Positions 22,863 to 35,802 of a DNA stretch of 64,000 nucleotides are shown here, piece by piece. Numbering within the stretch: the stretch's first letter is position 1; every line of letters starts with the position of its first letter. Made by a program: the position numbers and the translations under genes. The notes beneath the pieces are model-generated. The model was not told where the DNA came from. It was given only the letters and a program-made list of their open reading frames with translations, and made no database searches. The DNA is from Eledone cirrhosa (Eukaryota): positions 382,974,001 to 383,038,000 of the forward strand of contig OZ024740.1 of the NCBI GenBank assembly GCA_964016885.1, written 5' to 3'.

Positions 22863-25522
22863 GGATCTTCATTCTTATTTTCTGGATTGTGGTTTATTTG
22901 CAGAGATGATTGATTGCACTGAACAAACAATCATGCCGCAAGACGATATTTCGGTTAAGTTCATAATGACATATTTCCCATGAGATATATTTTGTAAAAT
23001 TAATCTTAGTAATATTTTTCACAAGATCAATCTAGATATGAAGTATATTTCATGTAAAAGTAAAACAAAATCGGGCAGTGTTATCTATTAATTCTGAATT
23101 AATAAACTCCTAGATCATACTATATTAGATTATTCAGAAAATTATATTTAATTATTCAAACCTGAAATATTGGCAACTATCATTGGCAGATAGATTACCG
23201 TTAAGGTTTTAGGAGAGAAAAATGTAATTATGTAGTTAATTATGTGGTTGAATTGAATCGGTTGATTGTCATTATATAATGATAGATAATACAAATCAAC
23301 AGCTATATTAATTAATAAAACACATATAAAACAGTAGTATAGCACGCAAAGCCTCTCTGCAACCTTTGATAGTGAATAAACGTCAATGACAGTTTTGCCT
23401 TACAGGCATAAAATACTGCAACTGGCAACATTTAAAAACTGACTTCACTTTTTACATCATTCTGATTGTGTATCACATCGTACGACCCAAATATACATTC
23501 ATGTGAAACATTTTACCATGGAACATATTTCCATTTCACACTTGTTTTAAATATACGAACCCAGTTAAATATGAAGTGCTTCAATCTTACTTCTTTTTAA
23601 TGCATGTTAGCAAACATAACCACCGTCTCCCAAACGAAAAGAAGTGCTCAGAATTAATATTGTAAGTGAGGTTTAAAAATACGACAGGAAAGTCTGAGGT
23701 TTGATGATGGAGAAAAACAAACTCACCTGGAAATGGACGAATTAAATTTTTGAATAGATCTGCTGCCATAATTTCACTCCCTCGCATGTAGACCCATGCA
23801 GTCACAGCAAGGCCACGGCAACCTCACCAGGTGCAAGTCTTTGTTTTAGTGACGCAAAGGATGTCATCGATAACATTACCTTTCTTTCTAAAAGTACTTT
23901 AAACATAAGTGCATAATATAGTTTCTTAGTCAAATGAATTCAGTAGATTACATCGAGCTATATATATATATTTAATATTTATAATAAAACAAAGAAGAGT
24001 GAAAGAAAAAATATGACTAAGTGGATATATATTTACCGTTTTAAATTCATTAACTTGTACGGCCATTTCTACTAACAGACTATCATAATACTAGTGTATG
24101 TCTGACATGATACGCAGGTTTTATGCTTGACTTTTCCAAAAATAATTGCAGCCACTAGATGTGAACTTTAGGAAGTTCTCGAGATGTTATCTTAAATATT
24201 ATAAATAGTATCATTCATAAAAACTACATCAGTCTCACCAAAATATATCGAGTCTGTTTATATTGTCCTCACTCACTATACTTTTAATAATGATCTATTT
24301 AAACGTTTTACATTTTTAGCTGTTAATATATCATACTAAAAAAATGAATACTAAATAAATGGTTCCTATGTGTCAGAAACAAAACTGTTCTTTGTTTCTT
24401 TTTCAAATAAATTAACGTAGATGAATAGAAAACACACAAACACTCATACGCTCACATACTCTTGTATATATATATATATATATATATGACTGTGTGTATG
24501 TGCATGTGTGTGTGTGTTGTTGCGTAGTATATTTATGAGTTCATATTAATAATCCAAGAACTCTTCGACTAGCGGAAATTGTAGAGAATGCCTGAGGTTA
24601 TTGAAATACGTATCTTCATATTCTACGTTCAAAGCTCAAGAAAGAGAAAAGTTGCATTTCATCCACCAGGGTCGATAAAATATATGCCACGCAACTACTG
24701 GAATTATCTTTACCCTGATGCCGTTTAGCTACAGTAAAACTAAATACGAATAACCCTAACGTTCGGCTGATAGCCGAGTCGGTAGAACACTAAGCAAACT
24801 ATTTTTCAGATTTTTTATTAACATTTAGTTTTTAAATTATATATTAACTTTTAGTTTCTAAATTATTTCCACTAGCTTAACTTAGCGTTTCAGCTCTCCA
24901 AATATAAGTATCAGAAAAATAATGTGGTCGATGAAATTGTCTCAATGAGTTTTAAAATGTCTGATTATGTTACGACGTTGTTTCCATTCGCTGATGTTTA
25001 TAATTACTTCAGTTATATGTGATTGTAAGTCGCAGAGTCGGTAAAACATCTGATGGACTGCTTTGTAGTATTTGTTTAGGCTTTCTGAACTCGGATTTCA
25101 AATCTCACCGAAGTCAACAATGTTGCTATTCATTCTTTGTATATATTTCTTTTACTAGTTTCAGTCGTCGGGCCTCAGTCATGTTGGCCAGCTTCTGCCA
25201 GCCACGAAGAATCCAATTATATGTTTCAAACCTGACACAAATATTGTCAGTATTTTCTGACGGCCTGCTAATGTGTTTTGACATATAATAGTTAGCGTGG
25301 CGTTTGCAGACTTTAGTCGATTAAATAGACAATAGTTTTTGACTGCTACTTTACTTTTTTCGTCCCAAGTAAGATGAAAGGAAAATTCCCAACGGAATTG
25401 CTGTTAGAACGTAAAGTACAAAAGAAATATCTCAATTATGTTTGTCCGACAATCTAACGAATCTGGCAATCTTCTGTATCGGTATAAGTTTATAAGCAGG
25501 AAATGCTTATGCACCCCCCGCC

Positions 25523-25572
<50 letters not shown>

Positions 25573-26689
25573 CTGTGTGTGTGTGTGTCTGTGTGTGTAT
25601 GTAAAACGTAAACAGAAATAATAGTGCAAACGACACAGCACAATGCGAAATGCATTAGTTTAACGCTTGAAATAGTAGGAAAAGTGTTTGAACGTTTCTA
25701 ACACAACACACAGATATATATATAGTATATTTGATAATATACTGTATGTTTAACTGAAATAATTTTGAAGACCTTTCGCTATGAATTTTATAGTAATGAC
25801 TATGTTATTTAATTAATCTCGGCAAAAATAAAGGAGAATAATCGAGAGCCCAATGTCTGGCTCGTTAATGGTTATCAAGATTACTTACCCCTTCGCTTCT
25901 GCCGAGAATTATAGGAGCTGGATTCTTATAGAATTCCAGTAATGTTTAAGAGCTGATTAAACAGAGCGGTTGACGGTCCAGCAAAAATTAAATATTAGTA
26001 TTGGTGCTCTGAAATAGAGATGTACCTATGAATGTATGTGTAGTATATTTGATAATATTTTAATTAAACATTTTTTGAAGATATTTTGCCGAGAATAAGT
26101 AAGTAACATAGCAACTACTATGAAATTCATAGTGAATGGTCTTCAAAATGTTTTTTAATTAAACATACAGTTTATTATCAAATATAATATACATACATTC
26201 ATAGGTACATCGCTATTTCAGAGCACCAATACCTACATATATATATATTGGTAAACGGAATAGAAAATGCTGACAAATTGTTCACAGTGAAAAATAGTTT
26301 AATTAGGAATAAGTGAGAATTAGTAATTGTATTTCATTTTTGGTTTCAAGTTTTACCGGTTGCGCATTTCTAATGCTTTTCAAAAATAATTTTGAGATAG
26401 AGCGTCCGTGATGTTTGCTCTGATCTGATTAGTTTTGGGAATTCTACCTGTTTTTATGTTAAAAAAGTGGCTCCAGCGGTATTAAAATAAGTTTTGCGCC
26501 AATTCGTGTTGCAAAAATTCTTGTGGTCGAAACATTTTCGATTGGTCGGTAGAGGTCATGTGAATGTAAAAAATTGATTTTGCGCCAAATGTAGGTTTGC
26601 GTCGGCTGACTGAGAAATAACTCTTTCACGTTGGAATCCAACGTGCCCTAAAACTCAGTACCCAGGACCTTAGACACCCTAAAGTAAAT

Positions 26690-27310
26690 CAACCGAAACT
26701 AAAATCTCTTCCATACATCTCCACACACAACCCCCTCAACAATGAGGCCTTTGACACCATCCTCCAGAACATCCCTGTGTTGAAAAAGGACCATAGAATG
26801 AAACAAATCCTACGTACACACGATATCATAAAGAGCAAAAGACAATCTAAGTCAATGAAAAACATCCTAATACATGCCAAAATACTGCCAACCACAACAA
26901 CGAAACCCACAGTAAAAAGTTGCGATAGACCCAACTGTGGCATTTGCATCAACTTAATAGAGTGTTCGGAATTCTATTTCAAAGAAGGACAATGTTTTAT
27001 AGTAAAACACAATTTCACATGTGCATCGGAAAATCTAATATATGTATTAACTTGCTCAGGTTGTCGAGAACAATACATAGGCCAGACCAAAAACAGCCTC
27101 CGCCAACGCATGACTGTCCATAGATCCCAAATTAAAATACTGGAATACAGGAAAATACCTCTGAGTGAACACATTGATACCTGTGCCGCCCAAAATCATC
27201 CCAACTTCAGAATCTTTCCCCTCTACAAATTTAAAGATAATGCCACCCACACCCAGTGAATCAACAAGGAATCTTACTTTATTAAAAAATACGGACCCCG
27301 TCTAAACACT
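26690..27310 (+). pseudogene. Penelope GIY-YIG endonuclease, C-terminal part
   Basis: C-x4-C-x2-C (CDRPNCGIC), then FTCASENLIYVLTCSGCREQYIGQTKNSLRQRMTVHR..PLSEH. After a premature stop it continues KESYFIKKYGPRLN. Confidence 0.9.
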
Positions 27311-27547
27311 TCTCCCTAAGACGAACCCACAATATACACACGTCAACATACATACCTACATCAGCACACATCTCTACCCATAATATAAACACAATGACAT
27401 ACGTAAACACACATGTTCTATGGTGCAACACAAATATACACAAATTTGCATATCTTTGATGTCTATAGATATAAACGTGCCGACACACACACATACATAA
27501 ACGCACACATGCATTGCACACTGATGGGCACATACATTTTTAGTACA

Positions 27548-27980
27548 GGTATTCCAATACGGCAAAGCCTAATGAATTCCCCTTGCAGTACGTGCAATCT
27601 GGACACACTCCAGATACATATTTGTACACAGGTATACAATTTCTGGACACACTCCAGATACATGTGTACAATTTGTGCACAAGTATACAATTTGTGCACA
27701 GGTATACAATTTCTGGACACACTCCAGATACATATTTGTGCACGGGTATTCCAATACGGCAAGGCCTAACAATCTGGACACACTCCAGATACATATTTGT
27801 GCGCAGGTATACAATTTCTGGACACACTCCAGATACATGTGTACAGTTTGTGCACAAGTATACAATTTGTGCACAGGTATACAATTTCTGGACACACTCC
27901 AGATAATTATTTGTGCACAGGTATTCCAATACGGTAAGGCCTAATGGATCCCCCTTTAAGTACGTACAATCTGGACACAC
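27548..27980. repeat. Hierarchical minisatellite inside the PLE 3' region
   Basis: Six copies of the hairpin TCTGGA-CACAC-TCCAGA arranged as two 175-bp higher-order units, starting at 27595 and 27770. Confidence 0.9.
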
Positions 27981-28219
27981 ACACACACTCACACACACCT
28001 TGGTATTATACCAATACTATATATCATTTCACACCTTTTATTATTAAGGTTTTTGATGTTCTATTGAGAGAATCGATTTTACTGAAAATATCGAATAATG
28101 TACACCATTTTACCAGGAAAAAAATACTGGTCCACCCACCCACACACACACACACACATTCTCACGCACACATACACATATACACACACACACATACGCG
28201 TACATTAACATACAAAGAG

Positions 28220-28257
<38 letters not shown>

Positions 28258-28363
28258 CTCCGTATAAGACAAGAACTAAAAAATATCTTTTAACATGTTA
28301 AAATATCCCCCACACACCTACAGACACATTCCTACTGACCATCCCTCTGCCACGATTACTCTG

Positions 28364-28409
<46 letters not shown>

Positions 28410-28505
28410 TCGTCTTAATGGGCATTTGAACTGTCAACAGGCTGCGGTTCGCACACGCATCCCTGCTGACCTTTATCACAACAACGAACACTTTACTACT
28501 ACTAC

Positions 28506-28543
<38 letters not shown>

Positions 28544-28974
28544 TTGTGGTGAAAGAGTTATTTCTCAGTCAGCCGACACAAACCTACATTTGGCGCAAAA
28601 TCAATTTTTTACATTCACATGACCTCTACCGACCAATCGAAATTGTTTTGACCACAAGAATTTTTGCAACACGAATTGGCGCAAAACTTATTTTAATACC
28701 GCTGGAGCCACTTTTTTAACATAAAAACAGGTAGAATTCCCAAAACTAATCAGATCAGAGCAAACATCACGGACGCTCTATCTCAAAATTATTTTTGAAA
28801 AGCATTAGAAATGCGCAACCGGTAAAACTTGAAACCAAAACTGAATACTAGCCAATACAATTACTAATTCTCACTTATTCCTAATTAAACTATTTTTCAC
28901 TGTGAACAATTTGTCAGCATTTTCTATTCCGTTTACCAATATATAATAAATTGTGTGTTACGCCTCTATTCTTT

Positions 28975-28977
<3 letters not shown>

Positions 28978-29052
<75 letters not shown>

Positions 29053-29091
29053 TGTGTGTGTGTGTGTGTGTAAGTGTGTGTGTGTGTGTGT

Positions 29092-29165
<74 letters not shown>
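28978..29165. repeat. (TA)n(TG)n compound microsatellite
   Basis: Direct inspection. Confidence 0.95.
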
Positions 29166-29170
<5 letters not shown>

Positions 29171-29739
29171 AGAGGGAGAGATGGGGACCGAGAAAACTGG
29201 AGTCCTGGAGTCGATATCATTGACTCTCCTTTTTGCCCAAATTGGTGTACTGAAAGGATCAAACTCACCACAGAGTTACGTACCAGTCATCTTTTTTTTA
29301 CATTCCAATCATTAGGTATGACGCTAATGAAGTAACAGAAATACATATAGTCGAAAACGATGAATCATTCATTTCCTGTGTGTCAACTTAGGAGGGAAGT
29401 GATTTGATTGATTCCACAAATTCATTGACATCTGAGATCGAAATTATTTGTCTTCAAATTGCTACATGTTTCACAACTTAGAAATTAGCCTCCATTGTTA
29501 ATGTGATTATTTCTTTAAGAATTGTATTTCTGAGTAAATTCATTCTGCTACTTCTGTTTGATTTTGAGACCAGATTGAACAAAAATCAAGAAACCATAAT
29601 GTTTCTCTAAAGGGAATTTGTTCTCAGCCTTCTGCACTATTGTCTCAACTACGGTCACTCTTTCTCTTGTGACGCTAAACTCCGCCAATTTCAGACTGCT
29701 CAGTAATATGTGATATATCTCTCCACAACGTTCAATCAC

Positions 29740-32230
29740 CAGCAGCAGAGTTCAAAGAGCAAAGATCAAGTCCAGTCCATAAATTGACATTGTCTAGTCA
29801 TGTTTTTGGCTGCCGGCCTCTGCTTCTCTTATCAGCCAATCTTCCTTCCAGCCATAACCTACTCACACCAAGAGTTGAACTTTTTTATATGGCTGTAAAG
29901 TTTGAGTACATTTCACTTGCTAATCATAAGTCTCATGATGTGGTTCTAGAATGTAGAGAGCTTCTGAAGTGACCTTTTCATCCAATTAACTCAGTCAAGA
30001 ACATATAACACAACTGGTAGGTAGTAAGTATCACATATGTTAGCCTTCAACCGATAGGAATCTCGTTTTGATGTTAGTACTTCCTTGTTCTGGTTGAAAG
30101 CTGCCCAAACGTAAGCGATTCGATATTGCGCAGCAACCATTCCATTGTTGTTTGATGATAGTTTGTGACGAAGACATACAAACTCTCTAACTTTTGGAAT
30201 TTGCTGGTTGTAGATCGTGAGTTGGAGATTGGCATTGTTTTTATCAGTTGTCATACCTTTTGTTTTGGAGATATTGGTGTGTAGGCCAACCTCCAGCGAA
30301 TGTTTGGCCAGTACATTCAGAATGTCTTGCATATCAGTTCTAGAGTAATCCATAATGGCCAGATCGTCTGCATAGCTAAGATTTGTTAGGATTTTACCTA
30401 TATGTGATAGCCAGAGGAGCATTCTTCTTCAGTTTATTAAATAAATTCAGCTATAACTATACAGATAAGAAGTGCTGATAGTACATCCCCCTGCGTAACT
30501 CCCTTCAAGATGTCTACACAGCGTGTAGTTCCCCAGTCTGTTTTGACATATACTGTTGATTTTGGTGTAAGGTTTTCCAATAGGTTGATGTGTCTTGTGT
30601 TAACTGAGGTCTTGTTTAAGAGTTGCGACAAGCTGGATAGTTTCACGTTCTCAAAACCTTTTGTGATATCAATGAAGGTGATGTGAGCAGGGTTGTTGAA
30701 TTCTATTGATTTCTCAATGATTTGTTCAATAGTTAGGATCTGCTCAATGGTGCATCTTCCAGGTTGATATGCGGCTTGTGTTTCAGGAAATGAGCCATAA
30801 AATTCTGCAATGATACCCATAAAAAGCTTGTAAACGTGACTCAGTTATCTGATAGGACGATAGTTCCCACAATCAAGTCTGTACCTATTTTGTAGAGTAC
30901 AACTATCAATGCTCTTTTTAACATGTCTGGGCTTTTTCCTGTAGTGATAATACAATTAAAGAGGTGTTGAAGTGCTTTGGTAATTGGTTCACCTCCAGCC
31001 TTGATGAATTCTGAGTATATGTGGTCCAGTCCAGGGCTTTTTACTCGTTTCAAATATTTGATGACATGAGATATCTCACTAGCCAAGATTGATGGAATGG
31101 CATCTGATGTCGAATCATGAATGGTTATTTGTTCTGAGTTGCTGAAGTACAATTCATCATAGAATTTAACCCAGCGTTCAAGATATCATCTTTGGAAGTA
31201 ACGATAATATCGTTTGAATTTTTAATGCCCCAGCTAAGATTTCTTGGTTTAGTCTTTAGTCTCTTCAGATCAGCCTGATATAGCCTGTTTATAGGTTATT
31301 CAGCTCCTCGATTGTATTGTACATTTGCTTAAGTTTGTCTGATTTAAAGAGTTTTTTTTATTCAGCCTTCGCTTATCTATATTGGACTGATGTGTGGCCA
31401 CATTCTCTTCTGATTCTATGCTTTTTCAGATATTGCTTTCTTTGATTGTTGTGACATCCATTGTGGGATGGAAAGGCTTTCCTGGGCTAAGATATCTTCA
31501 GATACATCGTGTATGCCTCTGCTGATAGTATCATAAATCTTGTCTGGGTCTTCATCAGATTGTAAAGCTGAAAAGCGGTTTTGCAACTCCAGTTTAAATC
31601 AGCTTGTTGTTTCGTTATCTGAGAGTTTGTCTAAGTTATCTTTCGATGGTATTTTAGTTCTTTGTAGCCAAACAAAGTTGATGCAAAATCTCATGCGCAC
31701 CATAAGATGGTCAGATATATCATGAATGTTAATAGCAGTGCTGTCTAATATGCTAAGTCTTGCTGCAGATGTTCTTGCTATTATGAAGTCTCTTTGATTC
31801 TTAGTTATACTGTCTGGTGATAGACAAGTGAACAAGTTTTTCTTTTGAAATATTGTATTGGTGATCTGCATATTGTTCTTTGTACACCATTCGGCTAGAA
31901 GCTCACCTATCGAGATAAATATACGTGTCGTATATTTGCCAATACTTGATGGAAATGATTCGTTCAGTTGACCAATTCTGCAGTTAAAGTGACCCATCAG
32001 AAAGAGGTGATCTCTCTTTAGTGTCTTATCTATAATGGCCTGTATATTGTCCTATAACTCATTGATTTCTTCATCTGGGTGTGTAGATGTGGGAATATAG
32101 CACTGGATAAGTACGAGTTTACTTATAAAGCTCAGAACAGGTTGTCTCTCTGATATAGATCGATAGTTGTGTACTAATGATGCGCATTTTTTGTTCACCA
32201 AGAAACTCATTCCACAATGCGACAAATCAC
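29740..32230 (-). mobile_element. Decayed RTE-type non-LTR retrotransposon (APE endonuclease plus RT)
   Basis: APE: IQCYIPTS, MGHFNCRIG, QRDFII, SDH. RT: KSPGLDHI..E.IKAGG, QAAYQPGR, FIDITKGFE, GVTQGDVLS, LSYADDL, YYLPVVLY. The 3' end resembles GRRP.TW. Confidence 0.9.
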
Positions 32231-32370
32231 AGTTCTAATTCAATAAAGTCTCTCAATGCAACGCTCATGTATCCGATGAACAGCTGGGGGAGACCACATA
32301 TCTAATACCTAATATTTCGCAGGAGTGAATAAAGAAAACATATGCAGCGATATACATATATATATATATG

Positions 32371-32569
32371 TACGATGTTGTGCTGAAATATTCCTAGATT
32401 GATCGATGTTACAGAGGCCTGGGTGGAGGCCCAACATTCAGTAGGCTTAGAAGCACTGAAAGACTACTACAATAATTGTGTGAGTCTCACAGGGGAATAT
32501 GTTGAATAAAATAATTAACTGAACCTCCTGTATTTTATTTTACACAAAGCCCGGAACTTTTCAGCACCC

Positions 32570-32576
<7 letters not shown>
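32371..32576. mobile_element. Tc1/mariner-type non-autonomous element (MITE)
   Basis: Imperfect TIRs TACGATGTTGTGCTGAAATATTCC and GGAACTTTTCAGCACCCCCTTATA, with TA at both ends and GGGGAATATGTTGAATAA typical of the mariner transposase 3' end. Confidence 0.75.
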
Positions 32577-32621
<45 letters not shown>

Positions 32622-32704
32622 ATAATAATAAATTTGAAGACTAAAATCCAAAGAGGGCTAGATAAGGATAAATATATATCAAATATATAAGAACCGTAGA
32701 GCAA

Positions 32705-33047
32705 ATATTTATTAAAATAACAGATTAAAGTTTAAGCAAAGAATCACTGCTTTCACCCTTAACGGGATCTTCTGAAACTAACAAAGTCAATCTGTAAACG
32801 CAGAAATGGATATTTCAAAAAACGTTGCAACCGGAGGAAGACAGGAAGACGATACTTTGGTTCGTGGAAACGTTCGCTGGCAAAGAACGGGAAAAAACGA
32901 ATATAATACGTCATTAATGACGTATTATATTGCAACGTTTTTTGAAATATCCACTTCTGCGTTTACAGATTGACTTTGTTAGTTTCAGAAGATCCCGTTA
33001 AGGGTGAAAGCAGCGATTATTTGCTTAAACTTTAATCTGTTATTTTA

Positions 33048-33055
<8 letters not shown>
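32705..33055. mobile_element. Fold-back Penelope-like remnant with degenerate hammerhead, between TA-rich tracts
   Basis: ~126-bp inverted arms 32705-32830 and 32930-33055. The internal part is homologous to 10467-10570. Confidence 0.6.
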
Positions 33056-33111
<56 letters not shown>

Positions 33112-33879
33112 ATGTGTGTGTGTGTGTGTAAAAGGGTGAGAGAGAGATCACAAACATTTGGCACTGAGGGCTACACGAGATCCTGAAATTGACGCCATTG
33201 CCAAGTATCAAACTATGGAAAATGTATTAACACTAATGGCTTTGCACCATCATGTCTATATCCCGTGGTATGGGACAGTTATTAGAGTAATCGTGTAAGT
33301 TATGGTTATACTTGTGTTTTTATTTACTTGTGTAATTATTTGCTAATATGAAATTATGTCTTACTTCAGTAAAATAACAAACTAACGGCTTTCATTTCTA
33401 ATTAATATTGGAGAAACGCTTTTGTTTTGATTGTTTTCGAACTTAAAATGTCATTAATTATATTCTGGAAGTAAAAAATCTATTTGGAATCTTTTTTTTT
33501 CAATTGGAATCTGAAATAAATCTACTTGAAAAACACAGCTGTTTAGTCGTATGACAATTATTTTTTAATATGTCGTACACTGCACTGCTAAGGTCAAGAC
33601 GTTAGAAAACAACAATATAAATGAAAATTCGTGGAATTTTCTTTTTTCATTTGAAATTATTAATTTATTGAAAGTCAATAGGATGGATTAAAGTAACCAG
33701 TCATTCCGGTATAGAATTCTAAATTTTAAGAGACATCAGTATAGATAATTGTTTATGTTTTGTTTTGTGTTATTTTGTCTTTGAAAAAATTTCATTTAAT
33801 TAATGTGATATCAACTTTGAATAACTCTGAACTTGAGAGACCCACCCAGTTTCGAAATAAGTGATCAGTAGCAACTGGA

Positions 33880-34110
33880 TGTTCTAATTTGTACATTAAC
33901 GAGATGTTCACCGAACAAATAGTTGCCTGCAGGCGAATGAAGCTGGCTAGGCACTGCATCCGTCATCCAGAAGAGATAGCATCACAACTTGTGTTCTGGA
34001 AACCGGCGGCCGGACGAAGAAGCGGGGGAAGACAGAGCGTCTCATTCATTGATACCCTGATGACTTGAGAAATGTCATACTCGACCGGGACGATTGGAAA
34101 AGGCGTGCTG
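33880..34110 (+). mobile_element. LINE 3'-end fragment (RTE-like)
   Basis: RRMKLARHCIRHPEEIASQLVFWKP..GRRSGGRQ..SFIDTL, followed by DRDDWK. Confidence 0.7.
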
Positions 34111-34215
34111 AATGTAAGTGTAAACTCGGCGGAAGAAGAAGTTACCAATAACATGATCCCAAGCTTAATCTGTGTGACACAGCAGTAATATGGTATAAAA
34201 TGTATATGTCTGGCC

Positions 34216-34579
34216 CAGTGTTTCCCAACGTGGGCGCTGGGAGTTTGTATTTCATTGGGGGAGGGGTGCTCAATATACTCAGGTGGGCGGTGGGCATTTG
34301 TCTACTTTTTTCTTTAAAGTTTTCAAGAATTTAAAAAACACTTTTTTCACTTTGAACTTAAATTGACCCCTGGGGATTAAAGGTCTAACCTCATACACAC
34401 ATACACACACTCACATTTGTTTAGCTTTTGTACCCATTTGAACTGTGGTCATACACCAAATAACGTGGTAAGTCTTATGAATTCAGTATCTTATTTGAAA
34501 TATAATTTGACAGGGGAGCGTGGACAAAATACTTTGCGCCCAAAGCTTGCGCTGGCTGAAAAAAAGTTGGGAAACACTG
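34216..34579. mobile_element. hAT (Charlie-like) MITE
   Basis: Perfect 14-bp TIRs CAGTGTTTCCCAAC and GTTGGGAAACACTG. Degenerate 8-bp TSD GTCTGGCC / ATCTAGCG (5 of 8 match, NTCTAGNN-like). Confidence 0.82.
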
Positions 34580-35768
34580 ATCTAGCGCAGATGCTATGCA
34601 ATGTGATCGCAGTCATGAACACATGCTTCTGAGGAGAACCTCTTAACCCAATGTTGATGTCCACATATATATGCTTTGTAATGGGATATATATATATATA
34701 TATATTGTTTGAATGTTTTTTTTTTTGTAGGAGTGTTTTCAATAATTCCTAATGGTTATTATACTGATTTTACACAGCGATATCTGAACCACTGCATAAG
34801 GCAATGGGTTCTGACCATGAAAGGCTATTTACGTTTATGGCTCTCCAGGATAATCTGTATATGCCAATTTTGCATTAAAATATTGTGTGTGCATCTGCGG
34901 AGATTCCAACACATAACTCATTTGAAATCCACCTTAGACGAATTCTAATCACCCTGCCTCATTGGCTTTCAATACTATCGTTCTACTACAATTTCTGTCC
35001 TCATAAGTATTTATCTATGTTTAAATAAACAAATATTTTTTTCTTATATTTTATCAAAATTCAATGGCCACAATTGTTTTTGACACTGATGTTTCGCTTG
35101 TCGCAAATGTAATTGTATCTGCAATTTCTAAAACAATACCAATGAGCCAGACAGCTTTTAGGCATGTCCATTTAAAGCTTTTACCGAATCTCATAACCCA
35201 CCAAATATCGAATGTTGTTTAGCTCTGATGTGCTGCAGCAGTACGGGCAAATATTTCAGTCTTTTACAGTGATTGCCTTGATGCTTTATCTGACGTAAGA
35301 CTATTTCCATCTCGATTGCATTAAGTAAGGACATTTTCTGGAACATTTCAAAAGCATCATTCGGGAAATGCACATATCGTTTAAGAATCATAAGCATATA
35401 AACGTTTATTCTGTTACAAACTATCTGATAAAATGGCATATTCAATACAATTATGTCGCCTCCAAAGCCAAAGAACGGAATATTTGAAATGTGTGTATTA
35501 AATTGATTATCTTTATTAATGTAATTAGCCCGTTCATTAATTGACAAAAGCGGTGCTACGTTGATTAATTCAAAACAACCAATTTGTGTATGCCACATCC
35601 CACATTCCTCAGTTATTTGTACCGCGCTGTTCTACATTGTATGGTCATATTTTCTGTCTTGATAAGGAATTTTATATCTGAAATATTGGAATATAAGATG
35701 TAAACGTATTGTTTGTTTCCACACTTTTAAATTCAGTTTTCATTGTAATGGATTTCATATAAACCTAG

Positions 35769-35802
<34 letters not shown>

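Larger units (their letters stand above)
26243..28944 (+). mobile_element. Penelope-like element (PLE), 5'-truncated, with inverted pLTR copy
   Basis: GIY-YIG ORF remnant followed by a repetitive 3' region and a ~390-bp terminal segment (28549-28944) that is duplicated in inverted orientation at 26243-26628. Flanked by TA repeats. Confidence 0.85.

Noticed and set aside
22904-22953. Possible 50-nt exon (TTGCAG|...|GTTAAG) downstream of the PAN exon
   Set aside because: Poor donor and no recognisable motif.
27595-27945. CRISPR-like array of hairpin repeats
   Set aside because: Spacers are themselves repeated and variable in length, the context is a eukaryotic retroelement, and there are no cas genes.
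35191-35598. 135-aa minus-strand ORF with GFGGD and FGG words
   Set aside because: No convincing domain pattern or splice signals. It may be a decayed transposon fragment, but I cannot assign it.
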